Shown piece by piece: positions 1-12,279 of a DNA stretch of 64,000 nt. The stretch covers positions 37,076,001 to 37,140,000 of the forward strand of contig OZ024752.1 in NCBI GenBank assembly GCA_964016885.1, written 5' to 3'. This stretch comes from Eledone cirrhosa. Taxonomy: Eukaryota. Position 1 is the first letter of the stretch; every line of letters begins with the position of its first letter. Under the pieces are notes generated by a model. It was given only the letters and a program-made list of their open reading frames with translations, was not told where the DNA came from and did no database searches. The translations under genes and the position numbers were made by a program.

Positions 1-1960
1 TTATTGACATCAGCCTCTGTTGTACAGTGTCTTACCAATTGTTGTGGTGCTTTGTTATGTTCTTAGTGGCACCACCAATTATTGAGGTCCTATATCATTT
101 ATTTTTATTGACATCAGCCTCTGTTGTACAGTGTCTTACCAATTGTTGTGGTGCTTTGTTATTTTCTTAGTGGTACCACCAATTATTGAGGTCCTATATC
201 ATTTATTTTTATTGACATCAGCAGCTTCTGTACAGTGTCTTACCAATTGTTGTGGTGCTTTGTTATGTTCTTAGTGGCACCACCAATTATTGAAGTCCTA
301 TATCATTTATTTTTATTGACATCAGCCTCTGTTGTACAGTGTCTTACCAATTCTTGGGGTACTTTGTTATGTTCTTAGTGGCACCACCAATTATTGAGGT
401 CCTATATCATTTATTTTATTGACATCAGCATCTGTTGTACAGTGTCTTACCAATTGTTGTGGTGCTTTGTTATGTTCTTAGTGGTACCAACAATTATTGA
501 GGTCCTATATCATTTATTTTTATTGACATCAGCCTCTGTTGTACAGTGTTTTACCAATTGTTGTGGTGCTTTATGTTCTTAGTGGCACCACCAATTATTG
601 AGGTCCTATATCATTTATTTTTATTGACATCAGCCTCTGTTGTACAGTGTTTTACCAATTGTTGTGGTGCTTTATGTTCTTAGTGGCACCACCAATTATT
701 GAGGTCCTATATCATTTATTTTTATTGACATCAGCATCTGCTGTACAGTGTCTTACCAATTGTTGTGGTGCTTTGTTATTTTCTTAGTGGCACCACCAAT
801 TATTGAGGTCCTATATCATTTATTTTTATTGACATCAGCCTCTGTTGTACAGTGTCTTACCAATTGTTGTGGTGCTTTGTTATGTTCTTAGTGGCACCAC
901 CAATTATTGAGGTCCTACATCATTTATTTTTATTGACATCAGCCTCTGTTGTACAGTGTCTTACCAATTGTTGTGGTGCTTTATGTTCTTAGTGGTACCA
1001 CCCATTATTGAGGTCCTATATCATTTATTTTTATTGACATCAGCATCTACTGTACAGTGTCTTACCAATTGTTGTGGTGCTTTATGTTCTTAGTGGCACC
1101 ACCAATTATTGAGGTCCTATATCATTTATTTTTATTGACATCAGCATCTGCTGTACAGTGTCTTACCAATTGTTGTGGTGCTTTGTTATTTTCTTAGTGG
1201 CACCACCAATTATTGAGGTCCTATATCATTTATTTTTATTGACATCAGCCTCTGTTGTACAGTGTCTTACCAATTGTTGTGGTGCTTTGTTATGTTCTTA
1301 GTGGCACCACCAATTATTGAGGTCCTATATCATTTATTTTTATTGACATCAGCATCTGCTGTACAGTGTCTTACCAATTGTTGTGGTGCTTTGTTATGTT
1401 CTTAGTGGTACCACCAATTATTGAGGTCCTATATCATTTATTTTTATTGACATCAGCATCTGCTGTACAGTGTCTTACCAATTGTTGTGGTGCTTTGTTA
1501 TGTTCTTAGTGGCACCACCAATTATTGAGGTCCTATATCATTTATTTTTATTGACATCAGCATCTACTGTACAGTGTCTTACCAATTGTTGTGGTGCTTT
1601 ATGTTCTTAGTGGTACCACCAATTATTGAGGTCCTATATCATTTATTTTTATTGACATCAGCCTCTGTTGTACAGTGTCTTACCAATTGTTGTGGTGCTT
1701 TGTTATGTTCTTAGTGGCACCACCAATTATTGAGGTCCTATATCATTTATTTTTATTGACATCAGCATCTGCTGTACAGTGTCTTACCAATTGTTGTGGT
1801 GCTTTATGTTCTTAGTGGTACCACCAATTAGTGCGGTCCTATATCATTTATTTCTATTGACACCAGCCTCTGCTGTACAGTGTCTTACCAATTGTTGTGG
1901 TACTTTGTCATATTCTTCTTGACCCCGCCAAATGTTGCGGTACTATATCATTTATTTTTA
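1..1960. repeat. ~104-bp satellite, ~18 copies (some 101-bp variants), runs off window start
   Basis: Unit ttattgacatcagcctctgttgtacagtgtcttaccaattg... recurs at 1, 105, 209 and onward; decays into the RTE fragment at ~1900-2100. Confidence 0.95.
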
Positions 1961-2029
1961 TTTATTTCAGCCACTTCAGCACAGCGTCTCATCAATAGTT
2001 TTGGTCCTTTGTCTTTTGCTGCTCGAGGT

Positions 2030-2450
2030 TTTAGCCTCTTCAGCACAGCACCACACCAACTGTTGCAATCCTTTGTCATTTTCTTCTAAACCTTCAGCCC
2101 CTTTACGATGTCTTTCTTGATCTTCTTCTTCCTCAATTTCCTTCCATTTTGATTGTATTGGTACTCTATCCCACTTTCATCTTCCATACGCATCACATGC
2201 CTGTACCAGCACTGTCTTCTCTCATGCCCACTACATCTAATACATTTTATACGTATCATTTTCTCAGTTCATTTGTACTTTGTTGTCCATGCACCTTAAC
2301 ATTACACATACAATCAGGACATAGAGTTTCGTACATCCTCTACAACCAATGCTCCCATTTTGCCCCATGCAACGTCGCACACTGTACACAATTATCATTT
2401 TCCCCAGTAAAAATAATAGCTCCCTTAACATTTCCCACTGCGTTCATATT
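2030..2450 (-). mobile_element. Degenerate RTE-clade LINE 3' fragment
   Basis: Minus strand reads MCNVKVHGQQSTNELRK, RRQCWYRHVMRMEDES and GRRRSRKT, resembling RTE C-terminal RLRWYGHVMRM...GRPRKTW; stops and frameshifts present. Confidence 0.7.
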
Positions 2451-2509
2451 TTAGCTACTATGCTTTCGGAACATCTACTTTCACTGCTAAATATGCCAAT
2501 GCTTATCTC

Positions 2510-2755
2510 GGTTTCTTTGGCATTCAGCGAATGAGAGTACAAGACCTCATCATGGACAGGGCGGCCCTCCATTGCAGAAGTAAACCCCCAGCTATTGTTG
2601 TTGGTTCTCATTTTCAGCTGAGTATACTGGAACAACATGAAATGAAGTGTTTTGCTTAAAAAAAAAACAAACAACAACACACAACCCAGACCAGGAATTG
2701 AACCTACAACTTTAAGATTGTAAGTTCAACACACTTAACACTTTGCCATGTGGTT
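2510..2755 (-). mobile_element. tRNA-derived SINE with CORE-like central domain
   Basis: Reverse complement of the family at 30570-30862 (cattttcagctgagtatactggaacaacatgaaatgaagtgttttgct; B-box-like ggttcaattcc on minus). Confidence 0.75.
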
Positions 2756-2879
2756 CTACTTCCTCAAAACAACGGTTGAGCCCATTCTCTTCTACGGATG
2801 TGAGTCATTGTCACTAACAAAAACACCCACGAAGAGGATTAATGGTATATTCACGTGAAACCCAAGAAAGGTCCAGAAA

Positions 2880-3170
2880 ATATTCTGGAGAACACACATA
2901 ACAAATAAAACATTCCAACATTCACACCGGTGCCTATCCGCCATCGTAAGGCGTAGGAGGTTCGCATCAGCTGAACATGGTAAACATCACAATGAACCTG
3001 CTGGCAGAGTTGTTTTCTGAAAACTTGATGTGTGCTGACGAGTTGGGAGACCTAGCCCCACACTGAAGGGTGTACTTGAAGATGACACCGAGCTGGTGGC
3101 AAGAGAAATTCAGGCGGCAATACTGGACAGGGCGATCTGGTGGAGGAACTACGTCATTGGACCGGTAAAG
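2880..3170 (+). mobile_element. Degenerate RTE LINE 3' fragment
   Basis: Translates to RRRRFASAEH...VGRPSPTLKGVLEDDTEL...AAILDRAIWWR, similar to the fragment at 46820-47050. Confidence 0.55.
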
Positions 3171-3346
3171 GATTTATCAAAGAAGAAAAAGATGATGGTT
3201 TGTACGATTCACCATTTTTTTTTTTTTTTTTTACATATTAACGCCAATTAACATGAACTCGCATCCAAACATTTAATTTTACAGTTTAACTAATCTAATA
3301 CTTAAGTACGATAAATATGTTTTAACGTCATTATTGATGGAGCGGG

Positions 3347-3645
3347 CCCGAGGTTAACTTTGCCTTTCATCCTTACGGGGTCGATAAAATAAAGTACCAG
3401 TAATACACTGGAATAATTGCTGGCCTTGTGCCAAAAGTAGAAACAATTATTGATGGAGCGGGTGGATTGGCAGTATCGGTGGAGGGTCAGACACCATGCT
3501 TTCCAGCATAGTTACGTCCCTTTACGATCTGAGTTCAAATCCCGCCGAGGTTGACTTTGCCTTTCATCCTTACGGGGTCGATAAAATAAAGTACCAGTAA
3601 TGCACTGGGTAATTGCTGGCCTTGTGCCTAAAGTAGAAACAATTA
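3347..3645 (+). mobile_element. Two head-to-tail SINE family A copies (first 5'-truncated)
   Basis: ggcagtatcggt...gagttcaaatcccgccgagg (B box), gcctttcatccttacggggtcgataaaataaagtacc core, tail aagtagaaacaattatt; 17-bp direct repeat at 3330, 3446 and 3642. Confidence 0.9.
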
Positions 3646-3658
3646 TTGATGGAGCGGG

Positions 3659-3702
3659 TATTTTACTCTTTTACCTGTTTCAGCCATCCGGCTGAGGCCA
3701 TG
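3659..3702 (-). mobile_element. Tail-only copy of the CR1-group LINE at 38744-39852
   Basis: Reverse complement of catggcctcagccggatggctgaaacaggtaaaagagtaaaa. Confidence 0.85.
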
Positions 3703-3711
3703 TTTATAACT

Positions 3712-3777
3712 TATTTTATCTGATGAGGACGTACTGTTGAAATAGCTCAGTACCTCTGAAATATGTATAATAAAATA
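3712..3777 (+). ncRNA. Minimal type-I hammerhead ribozyme
   Basis: tattttat-CTGATGA-ggacgtactg..cagtacctct-GAAA-tatgta-TA-ataaaata; helix I and helix II pair. Confidence 0.75.
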
Positions 3778-3821
3778 TATTTGATCACATGAATGTCTAT
3801 ATTTATTAATATTTTGAAGTA

Positions 3822-3867
<46 letters not shown>

Positions 3868-3871
<4 letters not shown>

Positions 3872-4040
3872 AACAAGTAAGGCCCCGACGGCTGAGCTCA
3901 AGCCGTTTCGACAGCTAATTCAAACGGCTTGAGCTCAGCCGTCGGGGCCTTACTTGTTCCTATTACCCACTCTACTACCCTAAGTATTGAGTACTTTGGT
4001 GCGTTATGGTCTACCTGGTTCCTTACCACATTTCCTTCGT

Positions 4041-4042
<2 letters not shown>
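3868..4042 (+). mobile_element. Small fold-back element (PLE pLTR-like) within (TA)n
   Basis: ~40-bp inverted arms taggaacaagtaaggccccgacggctgagctcaagccgttt / aaacggcttgagctcagccgtcggggccttacttgttccta plus an 80-nt extension; second copy at 55721-55913. Confidence 0.7.
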
Positions 4043-4072
<30 letters not shown>

Positions 4073-5014
4073 ATATACGGCGTCATCATAGAATTCTTTG
4101 TCTTCAATTAATATCGAGAAAATTCTTTTAAAATTAAGAAACCTACTCAAAATTTTTTTTTAAAGACTTGCAGGATACACAAGAAGGAATAAACAGCTTT
4201 GGTATAAATGTTTTATAACGAGGATAAAAATTTAACGTTTTCTGTTAGTGTTTGCTATGATGTAAAATTTCATTTATGCTAAAAGCAAAACTGAAGAAAG
4301 ACAAATAGGATTAAAAACAAGCATTAACTGTTTTTTTTTTTTTTTTTTTTTTTTCTTTCACACATTTCTCGTGACGATCATATTTTCGTTGAGAAGTAAA
4401 AGAAATAAGCATGTGACTAGCTATGTACCCACTTAGCCTTCAAAATTCCGCAAACATTTACACACACTCACACACCCTACCTACCTACCTACCTACCTAT
4501 ATATATATATAATATATATACACACACACATACATACACACATGTGTAATCATATTTTGTTGCGTTGGATAGAGAAAAGTGTGCTTGGGGACTTATTAAA
4601 ATACATTAAATTAATGATTCCAGGCAGCCGTGTAATTACAGTGAGTGTTTGTAGAATGATCTCGCCGTTAGCAAGAAGTCGGTAGCTAACCGAATCTGAC
4701 AGATATGGTTTGGGATGTTAATATATATTAATGAAGATGACCACAGCCAACCGTGTTTACTTTCAACACTATTAAGTTTAATGTCTCTGAAACATATGAC
4801 GACGACGATGATGATAATGATGTTGAACATTTTAGAATATAAAACTATTGCTCTGTTTGCCAATCTAGGAGTGTTTTCCCAGCACAGTTGCTCGGATGTT
4901 ATATCAAATTTAGAAAATAAAATTTTGAGTTGCTGAAAAGCTGAACTCTTATTTCAGTTTCTTTTTGAAGACGGCTTGTACAGCAGTTTTATTTGACTTC
5001 GTGATTGTAACTCC

Positions 5015-5641
5015 TTTCTGTGGTCTTTTGTCCCCCCCTCTCTCTCTTTCTCTCTCTCTCTCTGTGGTCTTTTGTCCTCTCTCTCTTTCTGTGGTCTTTT
5101 GTCCTCTTTCTGTGGTCTTTCGTCCCCCCTCTCTCTCTCTCTTTCTGTGGTCTTTTGTCCTCTTTCTGTGGTCTTTCGTCCCCCCCCTCTCTCTCTCTCT
5201 CTCTCTCTTTCTGTGGTCTTTTGTCCTCTTTCTGTGGTCTTTCGTCCCCCCCTCTCTCTCTCTCTCTCTCTTTCTGTGGTCTTTTGTCCTCTTTCTGCGG
5301 TATTTCGTCCCCCCCTCTCTCTGGTCTTTCGTCCCCTCTCTCTCTGGTCTTTCGTCCTCTCTCTCTGGTCTTTCGTCCTCTCTCTCTGGTCTTTCGTCCT
5401 CTCTCTGTGGTCTTTCGTCTTCTCTTTCTGTGGTCTTTCGTCTTCTCTTTCTCTGGTCTTTCGTCCCCTCTCTCTCTGGTCTTTCGTCCTCTCTCTGTGG
5501 TCTTTCGTCTTCTCTTTCTCTGGTCTTTCGTCATCTCTCTCTCTGGTCTTTCGTCCTCTCTTTCTGTGGTCTTTCGTCTTCTCTTTCTCTGGTCTTTCGT
5601 CCTCTCTCTCTCTCTGGTCTTTCGTCCTCTCTCTGTGGTCT
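5015..5641. repeat. CT-rich minisatellite (ctgtggtctttcgtcctctct, ~20-35-bp variable unit)
   Basis: Direct reading; the overlapping ORFs are artefacts. Confidence 0.9.
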
Positions 5642-6169
5642 TGTAACTCGTTCCTCTGTGTTTTTTTTTTTTTCCTCCTTTCTCCTTCCTCATATCAGGG
5701 GGGGGGGGGCATAATAATTTTTGAGATGTTGAGGTTGGGACATGGTGCACAAAAGGTTGGGAACCATTGCTTTTATCTCCGTTACTGGACCATTGAACGA
5801 TTTAATGATAGTTATAAAAATATAATTAGAAACGGTGATATTCTGTTTACAAAAATATTACACTAATATTTACGAAACCAGGGCAGTTTTAGATGTAGTT
5901 AACATATTTCCATAAGATCTTTTACTACATATATCTCTTAAAGAAGCATTTTTTTTTTTTTCAGAAAAGATGTTTTTGGAATCGTACAAGAACCGAGTGA
6001 AAAGTTCATAGGCTGACCAAGATACTTTTCAGTCGACCCTCATAAATTGACTTATATTAGTTTGAGATGCACACTCGATTATAACTTTACTACCGTTAAT
6101 ATAGAAAACGATGTGTGTGTGGTTTATCGTGTGGTATAATCGTAAGTCAAACTCTATAATATTAATTAT

Positions 6170-6725
6170 GATTGGCAGTATCGGTAGAGGGTCGGACGCC
6201 ATGCTTTGGCGCATAGAGTTACGGCCCTTGCCATTCTGAGTTCAAATCCCGCTGAGGTTAACTTTGCCTTTCATCCTTACGGGGTCGATAAAATAAAGTA
6301 CCAGTAATACACTGGGATAATTGCTGACCTTGTGCCAAAAGTAGAAACAATTATTGTAAGTGGATTGGCGGTAGAGGGTCGGACGCCATGCTTTGGCGCA
6401 TAGTTACGGCCCTTGCCATTCTGAGTTCAAATCCCGCTGAGGTTAACTTTGCCTTTCATCCTTACGGGGTCGATAAAATAAAGTACCAGTAATACACTGG
6501 GATAATTGCTGACCTTGTGCCAAAAGTAGAAACAATTATTGTAAGTGGATTGGCGGTAGAGGGTCGGACGCCATGCTTTGGCGCATAGAGTTACGGCCCT
6601 TGCCATTCTGAGTTCAAATCCCGCTGAGGTTAACTTTGCCTTTCATCCTTACGGGGTCAATAAAATAAAGTACCAGTAATGCACGGATAATTGCTGATCT
6701 TGTGCCAAAAGTAGAAACAATTAAT
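6170..6725 (+). mobile_element. Three tandem SINE family A copies
   Basis: Three ~185-bp near-identical units. Confidence 0.9.
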
Positions 6726-7319
6726 TATAATAGATTATAAAAAATACTTGCTTTTTATTACTTTAATCAGATATTGGAGTTTTTAGGTAAATACATCTAA
6801 ACTCTTTATGTAGTTAATATTTTAATGGAAAGTAAATAGTATTTATAACGAGGCTTTGGGTCTGAAAAGGTTTTAGGTTTATGTAAATTGATTTACAGAA
6901 GATAGATTGATAGATTGATAGATAGATAGATAGATAGATGGGGAGATATAGAGGTAGGGAGATATATACTTAGAAGGAGGGTAGTATGAAGAGTGAAAAA
7001 TCGTTTTTCTTAATGAATGTGACATAGCACGTGCTTTCCAAGGTAAAACATTCACACCAATCTTGATAGCATCTTTTTTTCTATCTCCCTCCTTTGGAGC
7101 AATTGGAAAAAGTTCAAATTTTCAATATAATCTAGTTGTGTATTATTGAAATCGATTACTGCAGAATGTACCAAGTTACGTTTACATTTGTGAACGAAAA
7201 CGTGACAAAGCAAGTATGTTTCACTAGAAAGTGGTAAGGTCTAGGTTTTTGTATAGTTGTAATTTCAATCAGTTTTCCTGGTATAATTCAGTCTTAATAT
7301 CATATTCCTCTTCAGCCTC

Positions 7320-10198
7320 TTTAGATATATACAACAGATAAATGTGACTTTAGGCGAGTATCTGTAAATAGATATCTTGAAGTAGATGTCCCACCTCCAT
7401 GTTAGTAACTAACAGCCACGAGGAAGCCTTTGTGTTGACACTAGTGCCGGATTTAGGACAGATGAGGCCCTGTGCTACTTTAGATATATACAACAGATAA
7501 ATGTGACTTTAGGCGAGTATCTGTAAATAGATATCTTGAAGTAGATGTCCCACCTCCATGTTAGTAACTAACAGCCACGAGGAAGCCTTTGTGTTGACAC
7601 TAGTGCCGGATTTAGGACAGATGAGGCCCTGTGCTACTTTAGATATATACAACAGATAAATGTGACTTTAGGCGAGTATCTGTAAATAGATATCTTGAAG
7701 TAGATGTCCCACCTCCATGTTAGTAACTAACAGCCACGAGGAAGCCTTTGTGTTGACACTAGTGCCGGATTTAGGACAGATGAGGCCCTGTGCTACTTTA
7801 GATATATACAACAGATAAATGTGACTTTAGGCGAGTATCTGTAAATAGATATCTTGAAGTAGATGTCCCACCTCCATGTTAGTAACTAACAGCCACGAGG
7901 AAGCCTTTGTGTTGACACTAGTGCCGGATTTAGGACAGATGAGGCCCTGTGCTACTTTAGATATATACAACAGATAAATGTGACTTTAGGCGAGTATCTG
8001 TAAATAGATATCTTGAAGTAGATGTCCCACCTCCATGTTAGTAACTAACAGCCACGAGGAAGCCTTTGTGTTGACACTAGTGCCGGATTTAGGACAGATG
8101 AGGCCCTGTGCTACTTTAGATATATACAACAGATAAATGTGACTTTAGGCGAGTATCTGTAAATAGATATCTTGAAGTAGATGTCCCACCTCCATGTTAG
8201 TAACTAACAGCCACGAGGAAGCCTTTGTGTTGACACTAGTGCCGGATTTAGGACAGATGAGGCCCTGTGCTACTTTAGATATATACAACAGATAAATGTG
8301 ACTTTAGGCGAGTATCTGTAAATAGATATCTTGAAGTAGATGTCCCACCTCCATGTTAGTAACTAACAGCCACGAGGAAGCCTTTGTGTTGACACTAGTG
8401 CCGGATTTAGGACAGATGAGGCCCTGTGCTACTTTAGATATATACAACAGATAAATGTGACTTTAGGCGAGTATCTGTAAATAGATATCTTGAAGTAGAT
8501 GTCCCACCTCCATGTTAGTAACTAACAGCCACGAGGAAGCCTTTGTGTTGACACTAGTGCCGGATTTAGGACAGATGAGGCCCTGTGCTACTTTAGATAT
8601 ATACAACAGATAAATAAGTGACTTTAGGCAAGTATCTGTAAATAGATATCTTGAAGTAGATGTCCCACCTCCATGTTAGTAACTAACAGCCACGAGGAAG
8701 CCTTTGTGTTGACACTAGTGCCGGATTTAGGACAGATGAGGCCCTGTGCTACTTTAGATATATACAACAGATAAATAAGTGACTTTAGGCGAGTATCTGT
8801 AAATAGATATCTTGAAGTAGATGTCCCACCTCCATGTTAGTAACTAACAGCCACGAGGAAGCCTTTGTGTTGACACTAGTGCCGGATTTAGGACAGATGA
8901 GGCCCTGTGCTACTTTAGATATATACAACAGATAAATAAGTGACTTTAGGCGAGTATCTGTAAATAGATATCTTGAAGTAGATGTCCCACCTCCATGTTA
9001 GTAACTAACAGCCACGAGGAAGCCTTTGTGTTGACACTAGTGCCGGATTTAGGACAGATGAGGCCCTGTGCTACTTTAGATATATACAACAGATAAATGT
9101 GACTTTAGGCAAGTATCTGTAAATAGATATCTTGAAGTAGATGTCCCACCTCCATGTTAGTAACTAACAGCCACGGGGAAGCCTTTGTGTTGAAACTAGT
9201 GCCGGATTTAGGACAGATGAGGCCCTGTGCTACTTTAGATATATACAACAGATAAATGTGACTTTAGGCGAGTATCTGTAAATAGATATCTTGAAGTAGA
9301 TGTCCCACCTCCATGTTAGTAACTAACAGCCACGAGGAAGCCTTTGTGTTGACACTAGTGCCGGATTTAGGACAGATGAGGCCCTGTGCTACTTTAGATA
9401 TATACAACAGATAAATGTGACTTTAGGCAAGTATCTGTAAATAGATATCTTGAAGTAGATGTCCCACCTCCATGTTAGTAACTAACAGCCACGAGGAAGC
9501 CTTTGTGTTGAAACTAGTGCCGGATTTAGGACAGATGAGGCCCTGTGCTACTTTAGATATATACAACAGATAAATGTGACTTTAGGCAAGTATCTGTAAA
9601 TAGATATCTTGAAGTAGATGTCCCACCTCCATGTTAGTAACTAACAGCCACGGGGAAGCCTTTGTGTTGAAACTAGTGCCGGATTTAGGACAGATGAGGC
9701 CCTGTGCTACTTTAGATATATACAACAGATAAATAAGTGACTTTAGGCGAGTATCTGTAAATAGATATCTTGAAGTAGATGTCCCACCTCCATGTTAGTA
9801 ACTAACAGCCACGAGGAAGCCTTTGTGTTGACACTAGTGCCGGATTTAGGACAGATGAGGCCCTGTGCTACTTTAGATATATACAACAGATAAATAAGTG
9901 ACTTTAGGCGAGTATCTGTAAATAGATATCTTGAAGTAGATGTCCCACCTCCATGTTAGTAACTAACAGCCACGAGGAAGCCTTTGTGTTGACACTAGTG
10001 CCGGATTTAGGACAGATGAGGCCCTGTGCTACTTTAGATATATACAACAGATAAATGTGACTTTAGGCGAGTATCTGTAAATAGATAGATATCTTCAAGT
10101 AGACGTCTCACCGCCATGTTAGTAAGTAACAGCCACGAGGAAGCCTTTGTGATGTCACTAGTGCCGGATTTAGGACAAATGAGGCCCTGTACTACTTA
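7320..10198. repeat. 159-bp satellite, ~18 near-identical copies (some 162 bp)
   Basis: ttagatatatacaacagataaatgtgactttaggcgag... at 7321, 7480, 7639 and onward. Confidence 0.97.
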
Positions 10199-10305
10199 AG
10201 TTATGAGGCCCCTTTCTTGGGCCCTGAACGAGGTAAAACATTATTTTTTTGTAGGAAGATGGGCCTCCTGACCAACGTTTAGCTTGCCCAATAAATCTGC
10301 CAAGT
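10159..10305. mobile_element. Degenerate hAT-like MITE
   Basis: Left end tagtgccggattta, right end taaatctgccaag (imperfect TIR), internal gaggccc motifs. Confidence 0.45.
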
Positions 10306-10516
10306 TGCAGTAATGTAATTGCAATCAGTAGTTCAGACATTTTAGTTAATAGCAGGTACTATATATATTAATCGCTCGTATACATGAGACTGACTGGCCT
10401 ATCTGCATATATGTAGATCTGACTGCTAATATGCAAATCAGGCCAATCAGTCACTGTATATTTCAGAAAATATCATATAATTTCACTAGTTCTGACAGTT
10501 GGCAGGTAAGCAGTAT

Positions 10517-10563
10517 ACTGCACTGATGAAGGGTAATCGCCCAGAAAAATTAGTGTCTGCAGT
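10517..10563 (+). ncRNA. Hammerhead ribozyme motif (slightly decayed)
   Basis: actgca-CTGATGA-aggg taatcg ccca-GAAA-aattagtg-TC-tgcagt; 6-bp helix I. Confidence 0.65.
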
Positions 10564-10656
10564 TCTGTTTACATGCCAATACAAGAGCAAGAATGACGGA
10601 GTCATTCTACTGACATAGCTTAAAAAGAGGGTATTTGCATAATTGCAAACGAATCG

Positions 10657-10838
10657 AGGCAGTATCGATAGAGAGTCGGACACCATGCTTTGAAGCATAG
10701 TTACGTCCCTTTATGATCTGAGTTCAAATCCCGCCGAGGTTAACTTTGCCTTTCATTCTTACGGGGTCGATAAAATAAAGTACCAGTAATACACTGGGTA
10801 ATTTGGTGGCCTTGACCCAAAAGTAGAAACGATTATTA
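10657..10838 (+). mobile_element. SINE family A
   Basis: Full head, core and tail. Confidence 0.9.
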
Positions 10839-10897
10839 TTAATATTCGAAAACCTCAGATTACATTTATTGTATTCAGCCACGTAAAGCGATAAATT

Positions 10898-10935
<38 letters not shown>

Positions 10936-10938
<3 letters not shown>

Positions 10939-11540
10939 GTGTAACACACAAGTTATTATATATTGGTAAACGGAATAGAAAATGCTGACAAATTGTTCAC
11001 AGTTGAAAAATGGTTTAATTAGGAATAAAAGAGTATTAGTGATTGTATGGGTTAGTATTCAGTTGTGGTTTTAAGTTTTTACCGGTTGCGCATTTCTAAA
11101 TGCTTTTCAAAAATAATTTTGAGATAGTGTCCGTGCTGTTTGCTCTGATCTGATTAGTTTTGGGAATTCTACCTGTTTTTTATGTTAAAAAAGTGGCTCC
11201 CGCGTTACTTTGGTGTTGCAAAAATTCTTGTGGTCAAAACAATTTTGATTGGTCGGTAGAGGTCATGTGAATAAAAAATTGGTTTTGCGCCAAGATTGAG
11301 AAATGACTTTCACAACGTGTGTGTGTGTGTGGGTGTGTCAGAGTAATTCATGGTGGCAGGGATGGTCAGTAAGAATGTGTCTGAAAGCAATGGGGGGTAT
11401 TTTAGCATGTCAAAAGATATTTTTCAGCTTTTGTCTTATACGGAGAAGTGTGTGTATATAAGTCTCTTTGTATGTTAATGTACGCGTGTGTGTGGGTGGA
11501 CCAGTATTTTTTCCCCCTGGTAAAATGGTGTACATTATTC

Positions 11541-11573
<33 letters not shown>

Positions 11574-12248
11574 CAGTAAAATCGGTTCTCTTAATAGAAC
11601 ATCAAAAATCTTAACAATAAAAGGTGTGAAATGATATTCACTATATATATATACACATACATATATTCACTATATATATATATACATATATATACATATA
11701 TATATACACATATATTTTTTTTGTGTTGCACCATAGAGCATGTGTGTTTACGTATGTCATTGTGTTTATATGTGGGTAGAGATGTGTGTTGATGTAGGTA
11801 TGTATGTTGACGTGTGTATGTTGTGGGTTCGTCTTAGGAGAAGTGTTTAGACGGGGTCCGTATTTGTTAATGAAGTAAGATTCCTTGCTGATGCGCTGGG
11901 TGTGGGTGGCATTATCTTTAAATTTGTAGAGGGGAAAGATTCTGAAGTTGGGATGATTTTGGGCGGCACAGTTATCAATGTGTTCACCCAGTGGTATTTT
12001 CCTGTATTCCCGTATTTTAATTTGGGATCTATGGACAGTCATGCGTTGGCGTCTGGCCTATGTATTGTTCTCGACAACCTGAACAAGTTAATACATATAT
12101 TAGATTTTCCGATGCACATATGGACAAATACGGACCCCGTCTAAACACGTCTCCCTAAGACGAACCCACAACATACACACGCCAACATACATACCTACAT
12201 CAACACACATCTAAACACACATGCTCTATGGTGCAACACAAAAAAAAC

Positions 12249-12279
<31 letters not shown>

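Noticed and set aside
4965-5866. 250-aa ORFs on both strands
   Set aside because: Products of the CT-rich minisatellite
6170-6260. tRNA gene from A/B-box-like motifs
   Set aside because: No cloverleaf; these are SINE heads
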